Below, piece by piece: positions 43,720 to 52,630 of a DNA stretch of 64,000 bases. Position 1 is the stretch's first letter. Every line of letters begins with the position of its first letter. The notes under the pieces were generated by a model. That model did not search any database and was not told the DNA's origin. It was given only the letters and a program-made list of their open reading frames with translations. The stretch lies in contig JAIPJF010000006.1 of the NCBI GenBank assembly GCA_021734325.1, forward strand, positions 35,692 through 99,691. Direction: 5' to 3'. Source of the DNA: Fidelibacterota bacterium. Its GTDB lineage: Bacteria > Fidelibacterota > UBA8477 > JABMPR01. A program made the translations under genes and the position numbers.

Positions 43720-46545
43720 CTAATCTTCAGGATAAAGGGTCACCTGAATCATGTCGTCCATTTTAAAATATCTCACAGCAGCCTGCTGAGCAGCCTCTCC
43801 TGTGAACCCTTCGATGAGCTCATTAAATTTCATAAAATTGGAAAGGTCTCGACCTTCACGATAATAAACTGCTAGAGAATTCAGCCAGTATGAGTTCTTT
43901 TTAATGTTAATCTCCCGCTCCCTCCGCTGAGTCTCCTTAACCTTATCCACATAGGTTTGATCAGGCACATTCTGCTGCAGGTTCTTAAGCTCTAAAAGAA
44001 CTGCGTCGGTCAGTTCCTGAACCCGATTGGGATCACATCCAAAGGCAATGGTCAAGGAGTATTCAGGATTTGGCTCTTTGGACATGCTGGCGTGAACACT
44101 TACTCCATAGACGCCACCCAGGTCCTCTCTAAGCACTTCTCTCAGGCGGATATTCAAAATCTGCATCATGGAATACATATCATAACGATTCTGCCGTGTA
44201 TAATCGAATTGACCCGTAAAGACGATCCGGGTAGAGCTTTTCGGCTCAACACCTTTGAATACTTTTTTGCTTATCCGTCCCCTGGGAGCGTTTACCCCTT
44301 CATCAACCCAGTGCTCGTTCCTGTGTGTGGCCGGAAGCGAAGCGAGATATTGAAGCAACAGAGGCTCTATCTGCTCTTTGCTGAAATTTCCCACAAAGAG
44401 GAAAGTGAAATCGCTGGCGTCTGCCAATCGCTCATCGTAGACGGCCTGCACCTTTCCCAGATCAACCTGATCCAGCATTCCCAGATCCATAGGTTTGCGT
44501 CGGGGATGATGTCCGTTCATGGTTACACTAAAGGTATCCCGATAGGCAGCCTCCGGGCTCAGGCTCTTATTCTCTAATTGGGATCTATACTGGGTGAGGA
44601 GAGATCTGAAAGCAACACTATCCTGACGGCTCTCTGTGAACTGAAGATATATCATCTGGAACAGAAGTTCAAGATCGACAGGTGAGGCTGACCCACTTAG
44701 CCCTTCATATAGAGGCTGGATATAGGGAGTGGTCGAGACTTGTTTCCCGGCCAACATCTTTTGCAGATCGATCAGACTGAAATTTCCAAGGCCGCTGTAA
44801 TCCATGATGCTCGCAGCCAGCTTCCCTGATGCCAGATCTTCATCAGCGATAAGAGAGTAGCCCCCGGGACTAAATGCGTGAAAAAGGATTTCATCATTTT
44901 TAAAGTCAGTGGCCTTGAGTACAACTTTGACACCATTACTTAATACCAATTCATCTGTAGCAATATCGTCGTAATGTTTTTGTGATCTGATGCTCCCTGG
45001 TTGAGGCAAATTTGCCAGCAAGGGTTCGGTGTTGACCTTATCCACATAAGGCTCTATGGAAAGAGAACCAATCTTCGCCAGCACTGCTTTCATTTCCTCC
45101 TCAGTGGGTGGGGTTAATCCTTCCTTTTCAGGTGTAGAGGTGGTAAGTACACGATTTTCATCTGAAATGAATGTCTGAGCCAGGGTGTTGACCTCAGATA
45201 ACTGAATTCCCGGGATCGATTCCTGGTAAAGTGCATACTCGTATTCTATGCCCGGAACTGCTTCTTCTTCCAGAAAATGACGGATCAATTCATCGGCGAG
45301 ACCCCTCGACTCTTGTTTATCTCTTTCTTCGTAGTTCTTCTCCATGCTGCGAAGTACTTCGCTTTTGGCGCGTTCCAGCTCAGTGATGGTAAATCCGTAG
45401 CGGCGAACCCGTTCTGCTTCAACGAGGACGGCTTCAAGGCCATCAGGGACGGTTCCGTCAACAACACCGGCACCGAGGGCAAACATTTCCGATTTTCTCG
45501 CCCAGGCCCATTTGCTTGAATAGGCATATAGAAAGGGAGCCTCAGCTTGCTGTGAAATCTCGCTGAATCTGGCATTCAGCATTTCATGATAGAGTCGCTC
45601 CACAATATTATCGCGATATTCCCTGGCAGTTCGATCGATACGGGCAGGATGTTTATACAAGACATTGAAACTGGACCGCGTTGCCTCAGGATCTGAGGCG
45701 ATGGCAAAAAGCGTCTCGGCATGTCCTGGGACGTCATAGACCTGACGCTCCCGGGCCGTCACTGGATCGTTCAGATTACCGAACAGGGATCGGATCCTGG
45801 CTTCAATATCCTCAGCTTTAAAGTCACCTACTGCAACAATGGCCATCAGATCCGGGCGATACCATTCATTGTAAAAGCGTCGAACCGATTCATAGCTGGC
45901 ATTTTTAATTACATCGACCGATCCAATGGGCAAATGATCTGCATAGCGGGAACCTTTGAAGATGACAGGTATCTGTTTATCAAAGATCCTTCTGCCAGCT
46001 CCCCGGCCCAATCGCCATTCCTCAAGTACGACCCCGCGTTCCTTATCAATTTCCTCATCTTCCAGGCTCACTTTATGTGCCCAATTTTCCAGAATATGGA
46101 AATCCTTGTCCAGCTGGCTGGCACTATCAGTTGGGACCTGAAGCATGTACACCGTCTCATCGAAACTGGTGTAGGCATTCAGGTCTGGTCCAAATCTCAT
46201 TCCAATGGATTCCAGGTAGTTTACAAGGTCCTGCTTTGGGAAATCCTCTGTCCCGTTAAAACACATGTGCTCCAGGAAATGGGCCAAACCGAGTTGATCG
46301 TCATCCTCCAATATGGAACCTGCGTTGATCACCAAACGTAACTCTGCCCGGTTCTCAGGTTTGTGATTCTCTTTGATGAAATATTTTAAGCCATTATCCA
46401 ATTCACCCTGAACCAGTTTTGGATCAAGGGGAAGTTGAGCATCCAAGTCTATGCCTGAGTGGGATTTCTGGCCAGTAAAGACACATGCAGACAATACAAG
46501 TGTCAGACCTATGATTGAAATAATTGTAATTCGTGAGCGCGACAT
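43720..46545 (-). CDS. M16 family zinc endopeptidase (PqqL-like), lipoprotein
   Basis: GLAHFLEHMCF (HxxEH), NAYTSFDETVY, ERGVVLEE; lipobox LSAC; GAGGGAG RBS before ATG 46545. Confidence 0.93.
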   Translation of the reverse strand: MSRSRITIISIIGLTLVLSACVFTGQKSHSGIDLDAQLPLDPKLVQGELDNGLKYFIKENHKPENRAELRLVINAGSILEDDDQLGLAHFLEHMCFNGTEDFPKQDLVNYLESIGMRFGPDLNAYTSFDETVYMLQVPTDSASQLDKDFHILENWAHKVSLEDEEIDKERGVVLEEWRLGRGAGRRIFDKQIPVIFKGSRYADHLPIGSVDVIKNASYESVRRFYNEWYRPDLMAIVAVGDFKAEDIEARIRSLFGNLNDPVTARERQVYDVPGHAETLFAIASDPEATRSSFNVLYKHPARIDRTAREYRDNIVERLYHEMLNARFSEISQQAEAPFLYAYSSKWAWARKSEMFALGAGVVDGTVPDGLEAVLVEAERVRRYGFTITELERAKSEVLRSMEKNYEERDKQESRGLADELIRHFLEEEAVPGIEYEYALYQESIPGIQLSEVNTLAQTFISDENRVLTTSTPEKEGLTPPTEEEMKAVLAKIGSLSIEPYVDKVNTEPLLANLPQPGSIRSQKHYDDIATDELVLSNGVKVVLKATDFKNDEILFHAFSPGGYSLIADEDLASGKLAASIMDYSGLGNFSLIDLQKMLAGKQVSTTPYIQPLYEGLSGSASPVDLELLFQMIYLQFTESRQDSVAFRSLLTQYRSQLENKSLSPEAAYRDTFSVTMNGHHPRRKPMDLGMLDQVDLGKVQAVYDERLADASDFTFLFVGNFSKEQIEPLLLQYLASLPATHRNEHWVDEGVNAPRGRISKKVFKGVEPKSSTRIVFTGQFDYTRQNRYDMYSMMQILNIRLREVLREDLGGVYGVSVHASMSKEPNPEYSLTIAFGCDPNRVQELTDAVLLELKNLQQNVPDQTYVDKVKETQRREREINIKKNSYWLNSLAVYYREGRDLSNFMKFNELIEGFTGEAAQQAAVRYFKMDDMIQVTLYPED

Positions 46546-46643
46546 GCAGAGATCTCCCTCTTTAATGATCATACTATAGCGTTCCAGTATAATTAACATC
46601 CACTGGGATTGTTATGTTTACTTGGCTTATGATTTTTTCGGAT

Positions 46644-47378
46644 CTACGCTGAAATTGAAGCCCGATCCGCAGACTGTTTAACGAGCCATTTAAGCAGATT
46701 TATGCCGACCACATCGTTGGTCTCCGATTCAGGATGCCATTGTACTCCCAAGAGGGGGATGGAAGCGTCCCGTGGTTCGAGAACCTCAATGATACCATCT
46801 TCAGTACGACCACCTATTTTAAGTTGATCAGCCACCGTTTTTATCGCCTGATGGTGGGCGCTGTTGGTTTCAACCGACAGCTTACCTGTCAAATGGTGCA
46901 AAAGGGATCCCGCTTCCAGCTGAACTTGATGACGGGCATCAAACCAATCACCAGTTTTGTGGATAATCGGGTCGTTATACTGACTGGGAATATCTTGATA
47001 CAGAGAGCCTCCAAGAAAGACATTTGCTTCCTGAAACCCAAGACAGATCGCCAGAGTAGGGAGTTTATTTTCCCAGGCATATTCAAAGATTTGTTTGTCA
47101 TTTAAACCACGACGAGGATGAAATACCTTGGGTGTTTTCGGTCCAGGTTGTTCACCATAGTATGTTGGATCCAGGTCATCTCCACCAGTAAGCACCACCC
47201 CATCGAGACGACGAAGAAGTTGCGAGAGGTCTTGTTTGTCAATGATCGGCGGGATCAACACGGGTAATCCACCAGCCTTTTGAATATTGTCTGTATAAGA
47301 TTTTCCCAGAATGCTGCGGTCCATCTCTTTGTGTTCGTAGAACGATGGGCTTAGACCGATAAGCGGTTTTTTTGTCAC
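46644..47378 (-). CDS. Gamma-glutamyl-gamma-aminobutyrate hydrolase family (peptidase C26, class I glutamine amidotransferase)
   Basis: GGLPVLIP, LTGGDD, LAICLGFQ nucleophile elbow, NSAHHQAI, GVQWHPE. Confidence 0.9.
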   Translation of the reverse strand: MTKKPLIGLSPSFYEHKEMDRSILGKSYTDNIQKAGGLPVLIPPIIDKQDLSQLLRRLDGVVLTGGDDLDPTYYGEQPGPKTPKVFHPRRGLNDKQIFEYAWENKLPTLAICLGFQEANVFLGGSLYQDIPSQYNDPIIHKTGDWFDARHQVQLEAGSLLHHLTGKLSVETNSAHHQAIKTVADQLKIGGRTEDGIIEVLEPRDASIPLLGVQWHPESETNDVVGINLLKWLVKQSADRASISA

Positions 47379-47383
47379 TCTAT

Positions 47384-48952
47384 TTACCTCACTTTACTTC
47401 CGTTGACATATACACTCCGGATCAGATTCTCCGGAATCTTTTCAGCTCCAGGCAATTGAGCAAATTCAGGACCAAGGATCGCAAAATCAGCCAGATGTCC
47501 GGCTTTTAATTTCCCAAGGTCATGCTCCCGAAAACAGGCATAGGCAGAACCTTGCGTATGTGCATCCAGGGCCTGTTCAAATTCCAGGGCCTGCTCCATT
47601 CTCCATCCGCCACGATGGATCGCTCCATGGATAGTCGCGATGGGATCTGGGGGTGAAACGGGCCAATCAGATCCAAAAGCCAGTCTTACCCCTTTTTTCA
47701 GAAAGGCTTGGAATGGATAAGCATATTGACTTCTCTCTCCAAGTAAATCGTCAGCATAGCGTGAATCGTCCACACAATGAGCCGGTTGAACCGAGGCTAT
47801 AACATTCAGACTTGAAATCCGTTTTTGATCCGTTGGATGGATATGCTGGGCATGCTCGATTCGGAAGCGCCGGTCTCTTGGACCATTTTTCTGGATCACC
47901 GCTTCAAAGATATCCAGAACTTCCCTGTTGGCTCTGTCACCAATAGCGTGGATCAAGACCTGATAACCATTTTGATCCGCTTCGGTAAGTATTTTTTCTA
48001 TCAGATCGACATTGGACCAGTCCGTATCGTGAATACCAGATGATATGGGTGTATTTTCGTATGGTTCAAGCATGAGGGCTGTTCGGGAACCCAGGCTTCC
48101 ATCGCAAAAACCCTTGAGACCTTTGAATTGAAACCACTCGTCCTCATAAATCCCTTCAACCAGGATCGCCTTCATCTCCTCCCATTTCAGGAGTGGGGTG
48201 TAGGCTGTTACGCGAAGCTTTAATTTTCCTTCAACTGCCATCTTTTGGAGAAACTGAAAATGCTTCAAATCATGAATCATATCTGCGATGGCTGTAACGC
48301 CATGGTCCAGAAGATGATTCTGGGCCGCATTGAAATACTGATCAAGCTCAAGCTCTGTTTCCTCTGGGATGAGGTCCATCACCAACCCCATGGCTGAATC
48401 TCTCAGAATACCTGTCGGTTCTCCGCTCTCATCCCTGTCGATCAATCCGCCTTCTGGATCGGGAGTACTCGCAGTGATTTCTGCCAATTCCAGAGCCCGA
48501 CTACTGGCGATCCCGGAATGACCGTCATGGCGTTGCAGAATCATGGGGTATCCCGGGGCTGCTTCATCCAGCCAAGACTTATGGGGAAGGCCTTTGTCAC
48601 TAAAAAGATGTTCATTCCAGCCCCCTCCTTTTAACCATGATCCTGGCTGACGACCGCGAGCAAAGCGCGAAACAATTTCCATGAATTCCTGTCGGGATCT
48701 GGCAGTTTGGGCTTGAATGGTCAGAAGGCTCGCGCCACCCCAGAGAAAATGAACATGGGCATCAATAAAGCCCGGAACGATAATCGAGCGTTTTAAATCA
48801 ATCGAAACCGTTTCATCATTAGTGCAAGAGGACAGATCATCACCAACAGCAACAATACGATTCCCTTGTATGGCAAGTTGGGAAGCTCGTGGTTGATCAC
48901 TATCCCGAGTAAGTACCTGAGCGTTGGTAAAAATGATCTCTGCCACAGGCAT
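47384..48952 (-). CDS. YtcJ-like metal-dependent amidohydrolase
   Basis: PGFIDAHVH, DGSLGSRTA, IHAIGDRA, RIEHAQ, GSDWPV. Confidence 0.9.
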   Translation of the reverse strand: MPVAEIIFTNAQVLTRDSDQPRASQLAIQGNRIVAVGDDLSSCTNDETVSIDLKRSIIVPGFIDAHVHFLWGGASLLTIQAQTARSRQEFMEIVSRFARGRQPGSWLKGGGWNEHLFSDKGLPHKSWLDEAAPGYPMILQRHDGHSGIASSRALELAEITASTPDPEGGLIDRDESGEPTGILRDSAMGLVMDLIPEETELELDQYFNAAQNHLLDHGVTAIADMIHDLKHFQFLQKMAVEGKLKLRVTAYTPLLKWEEMKAILVEGIYEDEWFQFKGLKGFCDGSLGSRTALMLEPYENTPISSGIHDTDWSNVDLIEKILTEADQNGYQVLIHAIGDRANREVLDIFEAVIQKNGPRDRRFRIEHAQHIHPTDQKRISSLNVIASVQPAHCVDDSRYADDLLGERSQYAYPFQAFLKKGVRLAFGSDWPVSPPDPIATIHGAIHRGGWRMEQALEFEQALDAHTQGSAYACFREHDLGKLKAGHLADFAILGPEFAQLPGAEKIPENLIRSVYVNGSKVR

Positions 48953-49764
48953 TAAAGAAGGGCCTCTTTGGCATGGAGAAGTTCCTCGAGACGCTCTCTG
49001 TCCGGCTCGTTTTGCCAGCGCCCATCCCGCTTAATATAGCTCCCCACAATAAATGCATCCGCATGCTCCCAGATAAGAGACAAACCTTGTGGAGTCACAC
49101 CGCTTCCAACCAGCACAGGAATTCTGGCGGAGGTGTAGATATCACTCAACTCGCCGTCATTCACCGGTTTTCCCGTATGGGGTCCGGTAATGATCACACC
49201 GTCACTGAGAAAGAATTCAGCGGCATCGCAGGTATCCACCAGTGAAACATCGCTGGTCAGGGCATGACTGCTGTGTTTCTTCTTAATATCGGTAAATATC
49301 TGAATATGCTCCGCATTCATCTTCTTCCTGAACCGCAATAAGGCACCTGCATCAGATTGCATGAATCCCTCATCGGCGAGGTGTCCAAAGACAAAGCCCT
49401 CGGCCCGGATAAATTGCATCTCGGTAGCCAGGGCAATTGAAAGTGCTGCCTGATTTGCGCCTGCTAAAACCTGGAGTCCCAGGGGCAATTGGGTCGTAGA
49501 TCGTACCTCTGAAGCCACTCTGGTCAGTGATGCAACGATCTCAGGTCCCACTTCTCGATTGAGATAGGGAACGTCGTGCATATTTTCCAGCATGATGGCC
49601 TGAACTCCTGTATCACTTAAAACCTTCGCTTCCCTACAGGCCTGGTCAGCAATTTCTTTTACGCTAAGCATATTTTTGGGTGTTCCTGGCAAAGCCTGAA
49701 CGTGAATCATGGCGATCAAGGGCTTAGAATCGGGAAATAGTCGCTCAAAGTTCTTAGTTCTCAT
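48952..49764 (-). CDS. BtpA/SgcQ family TIM-barrel protein
   Basis: IAMIHVQALPG, ENMHDVPY, DIKKKHS, DGVIITG..TG, GSGV, IVGS. Confidence 0.9.
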   Translation of the reverse strand: MRTKNFERLFPDSKPLIAMIHVQALPGTPKNMLSVKEIADQACREAKVLSDTGVQAIMLENMHDVPYLNREVGPEIVASLTRVASEVRSTTQLPLGLQVLAGANQAALSIALATEMQFIRAEGFVFGHLADEGFMQSDAGALLRFRKKMNAEHIQIFTDIKKKHSSHALTSDVSLVDTCDAAEFFLSDGVIITGPHTGKPVNDGELSDIYTSARIPVLVGSGVTPQGLSLIWEHADAFIVGSYIKRDGRWQNEPDRERLEELLHAKEALL

Positions 49765-49794
49765 ATTGTTTATAGGGCTCTCATATTTTTTTGT

Positions 49795-51516
49795 TTAGGT
49801 GTTCGCATGTTTTGATTTGATTATGGTTAACACACCTTCTCCCACCATCCAGAGGGCTAAGACTAACACCATTGCATTGATCACTGCCAGGAGAATATGA
49901 CCATCCGCTAAATAGGTAACTTCGCTCAATACAATTGCCCAAATGGTCATGATCAGGATGATGATAGCTGGGATTCCGGAAATTAGATAACTGAGTCCCG
50001 GTCTACGATTTTTTAAGAACACGGTTATTACCACCAGTGCCAGTCCCGCGAGGATCTGGTTCACTGCACCAAACAAAGGCCACAGCTTCAAAGCACCCAT
50101 ACCGTTTGCGCCTGTCGCGAACGCCAGAATAGCCGCCGTTAGCACTGCAAAGCCAGTCGTAATATATCTGTTTGTCAACTGCTTGTATTTGATATCTCTA
50201 AACAGTTCTCCAATCACATAGCGCTGAATACGGGTGGCTGAATCCATCGTTGTCCCGGCAAAAGAGGCAATAAATACACCCATGATAACAATACCCAGCG
50301 TTTTGGGGATAAACAGGATTTGCATCATATTGGCTGATCCGATGACAACAGCATTGATCTTCGATGCCAGACCCTTTGATGCCGACCAGGTCGCGTAGTG
50401 TTCCTGCCAGGCAGCGGTCCCAGTGAGAATATTTCCATCTATCGTTTCATAGGCCATTCCAATACCGGCTGCAACAGCAATCACAACCAGCGTTGCCAAA
50501 GCAGCCTCCATGAGCATGGAACCGTAGCCAATGAATAATGCATCTGGTTCACTGGAAACCTGTTTTGATGTCGTTCCCGAAGAAACCACAGAATGAAACC
50601 CTGAAATCGCACCACAAGCAATGGTAATAAAGAGGAATGGGAGCATGGGTGGAGCCCCTGAGGCGTTAAGATTAACACCCGGTGCAACGATATTCAGATT
50701 GCCGGAAATACCGGACATGATGATACCTAACACCAGGAGGGACATGGCGACGAATAGTTGCCAGGCATTGATATAGTCCCTGGGTTGCAGAAGTCGATTG
50801 ACTGGAATGGTTGAGGCAAAATATACATAGACCAGTAAAATGATGGTCCAGATGCCAGTAGCCGGCACAGATCCTATTGCTGGCATATTCAACGGAAGAA
50901 AATGTCCCACAATGACGGTAAGGTACATGAGTGTTACAGCCAAGATGGTGGAGAGCAGCACACTCTTTCCGCGGGTATAGACCATCCATCCCATCAGGAC
51001 GGCGATGGGAATCTCAGACCATACCGGAAAAACCGCTTGTGGAAACATTTTAAAAATGAGAGCGATGATCAGACCGAATATGGCGATGATGATGAGAAGC
51101 TCGAGGTAGATCACAAAAAAGCTTATATAGCGAACCCGTGGGTTGATGTATTTTGCTGCATATTCTGAGAGGGATTCCCCCCTGTTGCGCAAGGAGAGGA
51201 CCAGGGCACCCAGATCATGTACAGCACCCATGAATATTGAACCCAGAAAAATCCACAGCATGGCCGGTATCCATCCCCAGATTATACCAATGGCCGGACC
51301 TACAATAGGTCCTGTTCCAGCGATTGAAGTGAAATGATGTCCAAAAATGATACCCCTTTTTGAGGGGATGTAATCCAGGCCATCTTCGAACTCATGCGCC
51401 GGGACTATTCGATCAACTGATAGTTTAAAAATTCTTTTTGATAAATATTTACCATAGGTGTGATAGGCAATGATGTACCCGGCAAAGGAGAGAACCATTA
51501 GGGCAATGACTTCCAT
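49795..51516 (-). CDS. cstA: Carbon starvation protein A family (peptide/pyruvate transporter)
   Basis: FGHHFTSIAGTGPIVGP, GAVHD, LLQPRDY, PFLFITIACGAISGFHS, GYGSMLME, LWPLFGAVNQ. Confidence 0.95.
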   Translation of the reverse strand: MEVIALMVLSFAGYIIAYHTYGKYLSKRIFKLSVDRIVPAHEFEDGLDYIPSKRGIIFGHHFTSIAGTGPIVGPAIGIIWGWIPAMLWIFLGSIFMGAVHDLGALVLSLRNRGESLSEYAAKYINPRVRYISFFVIYLELLIIIAIFGLIIALIFKMFPQAVFPVWSEIPIAVLMGWMVYTRGKSVLLSTILAVTLMYLTVIVGHFLPLNMPAIGSVPATGIWTIILLVYVYFASTIPVNRLLQPRDYINAWQLFVAMSLLVLGIIMSGISGNLNIVAPGVNLNASGAPPMLPFLFITIACGAISGFHSVVSSGTTSKQVSSEPDALFIGYGSMLMEAALATLVVIAVAAGIGMAYETIDGNILTGTAAWQEHYATWSASKGLASKINAVVIGSANMMQILFIPKTLGIVIMGVFIASFAGTTMDSATRIQRYVIGELFRDIKYKQLTNRYITTGFAVLTAAILAFATGANGMGALKLWPLFGAVNQILAGLALVVITVFLKNRRPGLSYLISGIPAIIILIMTIWAIVLSEVTYLADGHILLAVINAMVLVLALWMVGEGVLTIIKSKHANT

Positions 51517-51598
51517 TAGTAGCTCCTTTCAGATTTTTCGCGCACAGAATTTACAAAAACAATGGCTGAATATGGATGAATCACCCGGTAAGCTGCGA

Positions 51599-52585
51599 TT
51601 ATTCACCTTTCCCAGGTCCACCTTTTTTCTCAACACTCTTTGTCCCATTGACCTTCCTGGCTGCAACAATTCCAATATTCAATTCAAACCCGAGGATCAT
51701 GGAAAGACTGTTTAAAAAGATCATCAGCATAATAACCGGTAAAGTTCCGATAGATCCATAGAGGGCGTTATACCGTCCAAAATGGTCAATAAAAAAACCA
51801 AACCCCACAGTGACAAGAATGGTAAGGGCCGTTGCCAGGGTCGCACCTACTGAAATAAATCGATATTTACTTTTTTTGGCTGGCCCAAAATAAAACACAA
51901 AGGAATAGGCGAAATAGAACAGAGCCAGGATAACGACCCATTTTCCACCTGTGACCAGATAATAGGTCCAATTTTGCTGCATCACACCCTTGTGAACGAG
52001 TAGCAGCATAAGGGTCTGGGTGAAGGTGATCAACATGATACCAAGCGTCACGAGCAACGAAAGGATCACAACCAGCATCAGTGATATGGTCCTCTGCTTT
52101 AGCCAGCTTCGGGTATCTTCCACATGAATGGAAGCATTAAAGGATTGAATAAGAGAAACGATCCCGTTTGTCGAAAAGATGAGCGCCACCACAAAACCGA
52201 TAGAAAATAAACCTCCACGCTTGATGATAATAATGTCCTCAATGGTTCTCTGGATCACACTATACGTCGTTTCTGGCACAATGGATTGGATAAGTGAAAG
52301 TATTTGGGTCTGGAAATTGTCGATGGGAATCAGGGGAATCAGAGTGAAGAAAACAAGAACGGTTGGAAATAGCGCCAGGATAAAATTGAAGGCAACAGAT
52401 TCAGCCCTGGTGATGATAGCACCATCACGGATTCCCCGGATAAAAAAAAGAGCCACGTCAAATACAGGGACCTTGTCAAACCCCGGGAATGATACACGCT
52501 TGGCTTTGTCGATGTATGCTTTGGTCCAGCCGAGATACTTGATCTCATATATTTTTTTTGGCTTACGCTCCAAAAACCACCTCAT
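51599..52585 (-). CDS. YihY/virulence factor BrkB family membrane protein
   Basis: AFNFILALFP, TNGIVSLIQSFN, YNALYGSIG, LGFELN. Confidence 0.9.
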   Translation of the reverse strand: MRWFLERKPKKIYEIKYLGWTKAYIDKAKRVSFPGFDKVPVFDVALFFIRGIRDGAIITRAESVAFNFILALFPTVLVFFTLIPLIPIDNFQTQILSLIQSIVPETTYSVIQRTIEDIIIIKRGGLFSIGFVVALIFSTNGIVSLIQSFNASIHVEDTRSWLKQRTISLMLVVILSLLVTLGIMLITFTQTLMLLLVHKGVMQQNWTYYLVTGGKWVVILALFYFAYSFVFYFGPAKKSKYRFISVGATLATALTILVTVGFGFFIDHFGRYNALYGSIGTLPVIMLMIFLNSLSMILGFELNIGIVAARKVNGTKSVEKKGGPGKGE

Positions 52586-52630
52586 GACAAGGGAAAACTG
52601 AGCAGGAGATCATTTTCATCCAGTTCATGA

